Of a DNA stretch of 25,011 nucleotides, positions 24,345 to 25,011 are shown piece after piece. Each line of letters starts with the position of its first letter. Position 1 is the stretch's first letter. The stretch lies in NCBI GenBank assembly GCA_964397865.1, contig CAYNKU010000002.1, positions 1 to 25,011 of the forward strand. The letters are read 5' to 3'. Source of the DNA: an uncultured Pirellulales bacterium (lineage in GTDB: Bacteria; Planctomycetota; Phycisphaerae; Sedimentisphaerales; Anaerobacaceae). Below the pieces are notes generated by a model. That model had not been told where the DNA came from, did no database searches, and worked only from the letters and a program-made list of their open reading frames with translations. The position numbers and the translations under genes are program-made.

Positions 24345-25011
24345 CTACGAGGTAGTTGCTGAAATACTCTGCGAGGACTTATATCCCAATAAACAATTTA
24401 AAATCTTTTGTTCTCTTTTAGAGACAGTTTGAGCTTCGAGAATACCTTTGTTTTCCGCCGTGAGCCATTCGGCAAATATTTGTCCCGGCCAGTTACGCAC
24501 CAATCTCCTCGGTACCGCATACGCATCATACGGCATTACTATCTCGCTTTGAATATTGGCAATACCTGCGATATAACCCGCTTCTTCAACAAATTGAGCC
24601 GTCTGAGTTGTAAAATCATCGGCTGTGCCATAGGGATAAGAAAAAAGATTAACGGGTTTATTAATCATCTTTTCAAGAAATCGCTTCGACATTATCATTT
24701 CATACAACTGTTCTTTAACCTGCAAAATACTCAATCTCGTATGGCTAAAAGTATGAGAGCCTATTTCAATGAGGGGGGAAGAACTTAATATTTTAAGCTG
24801 TTTTTGGTTTAGCACAAGATGAGTATCTCTTCCGACAAGGGGCATACCGGCCCAGACTACTAACATATCAACAATCTGGTTTACTTCTTCAACTTTTTTA
24901 TCCCGAAAAATGCCGCACAGTTGTTCATATGCCATAAAACGGCCCTGGTCGGTGGTTGTATCCCACTTTAAATTATTCTGCGAATCGTTTATACTTAAAA
25001 CATCAGGTAAC
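24345..25011 (-). CDS. Polysaccharide deacetylase (NodB/CE4 family), 5'-partial
   Basis: EIGSHTFSHTRL, FSYPYG, AGYIAG, AVPRRLV motifs. The frame stays open upstream of ATG 24935 to the window edge (LPDVLSINDSQNNLKWDTTTDQGRFM); ends 19 nt before the giant GT start. Confidence 0.88.
   Translation of the reverse strand, partial: LPDVLSINDSQNNLKWDTTTDQGRFMAYEQLCGIFRDKKVEEVNQIVDMLVVWAGMPLVGRDTHLVLNQKQLKILSSSPLIEIGSHTFSHTRLSILQVKEQLYEMIMSKRFLEKMINKPVNLFSYPYGTADDFTTQTAQFVEEAGYIAGIANIQSEIVMPYDAYAVPRRLVRNWPGQIFAEWLTAENKGILEAQTVSKREQKILNCLLGYKSSQSISATTS

Noticed and set aside
19133-25011. Horizontal acquisition of the GT/deacetylase block (looks somewhat AT-richer)
   Set aside because: Not quantified; no integrase, transposase, tRNA or flanking direct repeats seen. 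A sliding-window GC and codon-usage analysis would be needed.
1-25011. CRISPR arrays, tRNA/rRNA, IS elements, frameshifted pseudogenes
   Set aside because: None seen: repeats found are intragenic coding repeats, and all recognised genes read through without breaks.

Overview
A flagellar biogenesis locus bracketed by glycosylation genes. The plus strand carries a compact basal-body/export/stator cluster: flgB-flgC-fliE-fliF-fliG-fliH-fliI-fliJ-(YlxF/FlbB/MotE-like)-motA-motB1-motB2, then fliO-fliP-fliQ-fliR-flhB. Divergent on the left are a long fliK and an apparently co-transcribed TPR + GT-B glycosyltransferase that runs off the left edge and is absent from the ORF track. Convergent on the right are an enlarged 793-aa fliD with three extra modules, a 1730-aa glycosyltransferase with five GT modules plus TPR, and a polysaccharide deacetylase that runs off the right edge. 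Three near-consensus sigma54 (-24/-12) promoters sit before fliK, flgB and fliO, and a plausible sigma28 promoter precedes fliD. The most interesting items are: (i) one PomA-like stator A subunit overlapping two divergent B subunits that both keep the essential Asp but differ at the ion-preference position (Leu vs Met), suggesting a heterodimeric or interchangeable three-component stator; (ii) a filament cap with a foreign-looking domain spliced into a loop; (iii) the giant multi-module GT and the FlmG-like TPR-GT. No RNA genes, mobile elements or CRISPR arrays were seen. A Planctomycetota (Phycisphaerae-like) origin is my impression from sequence style only and is untested.
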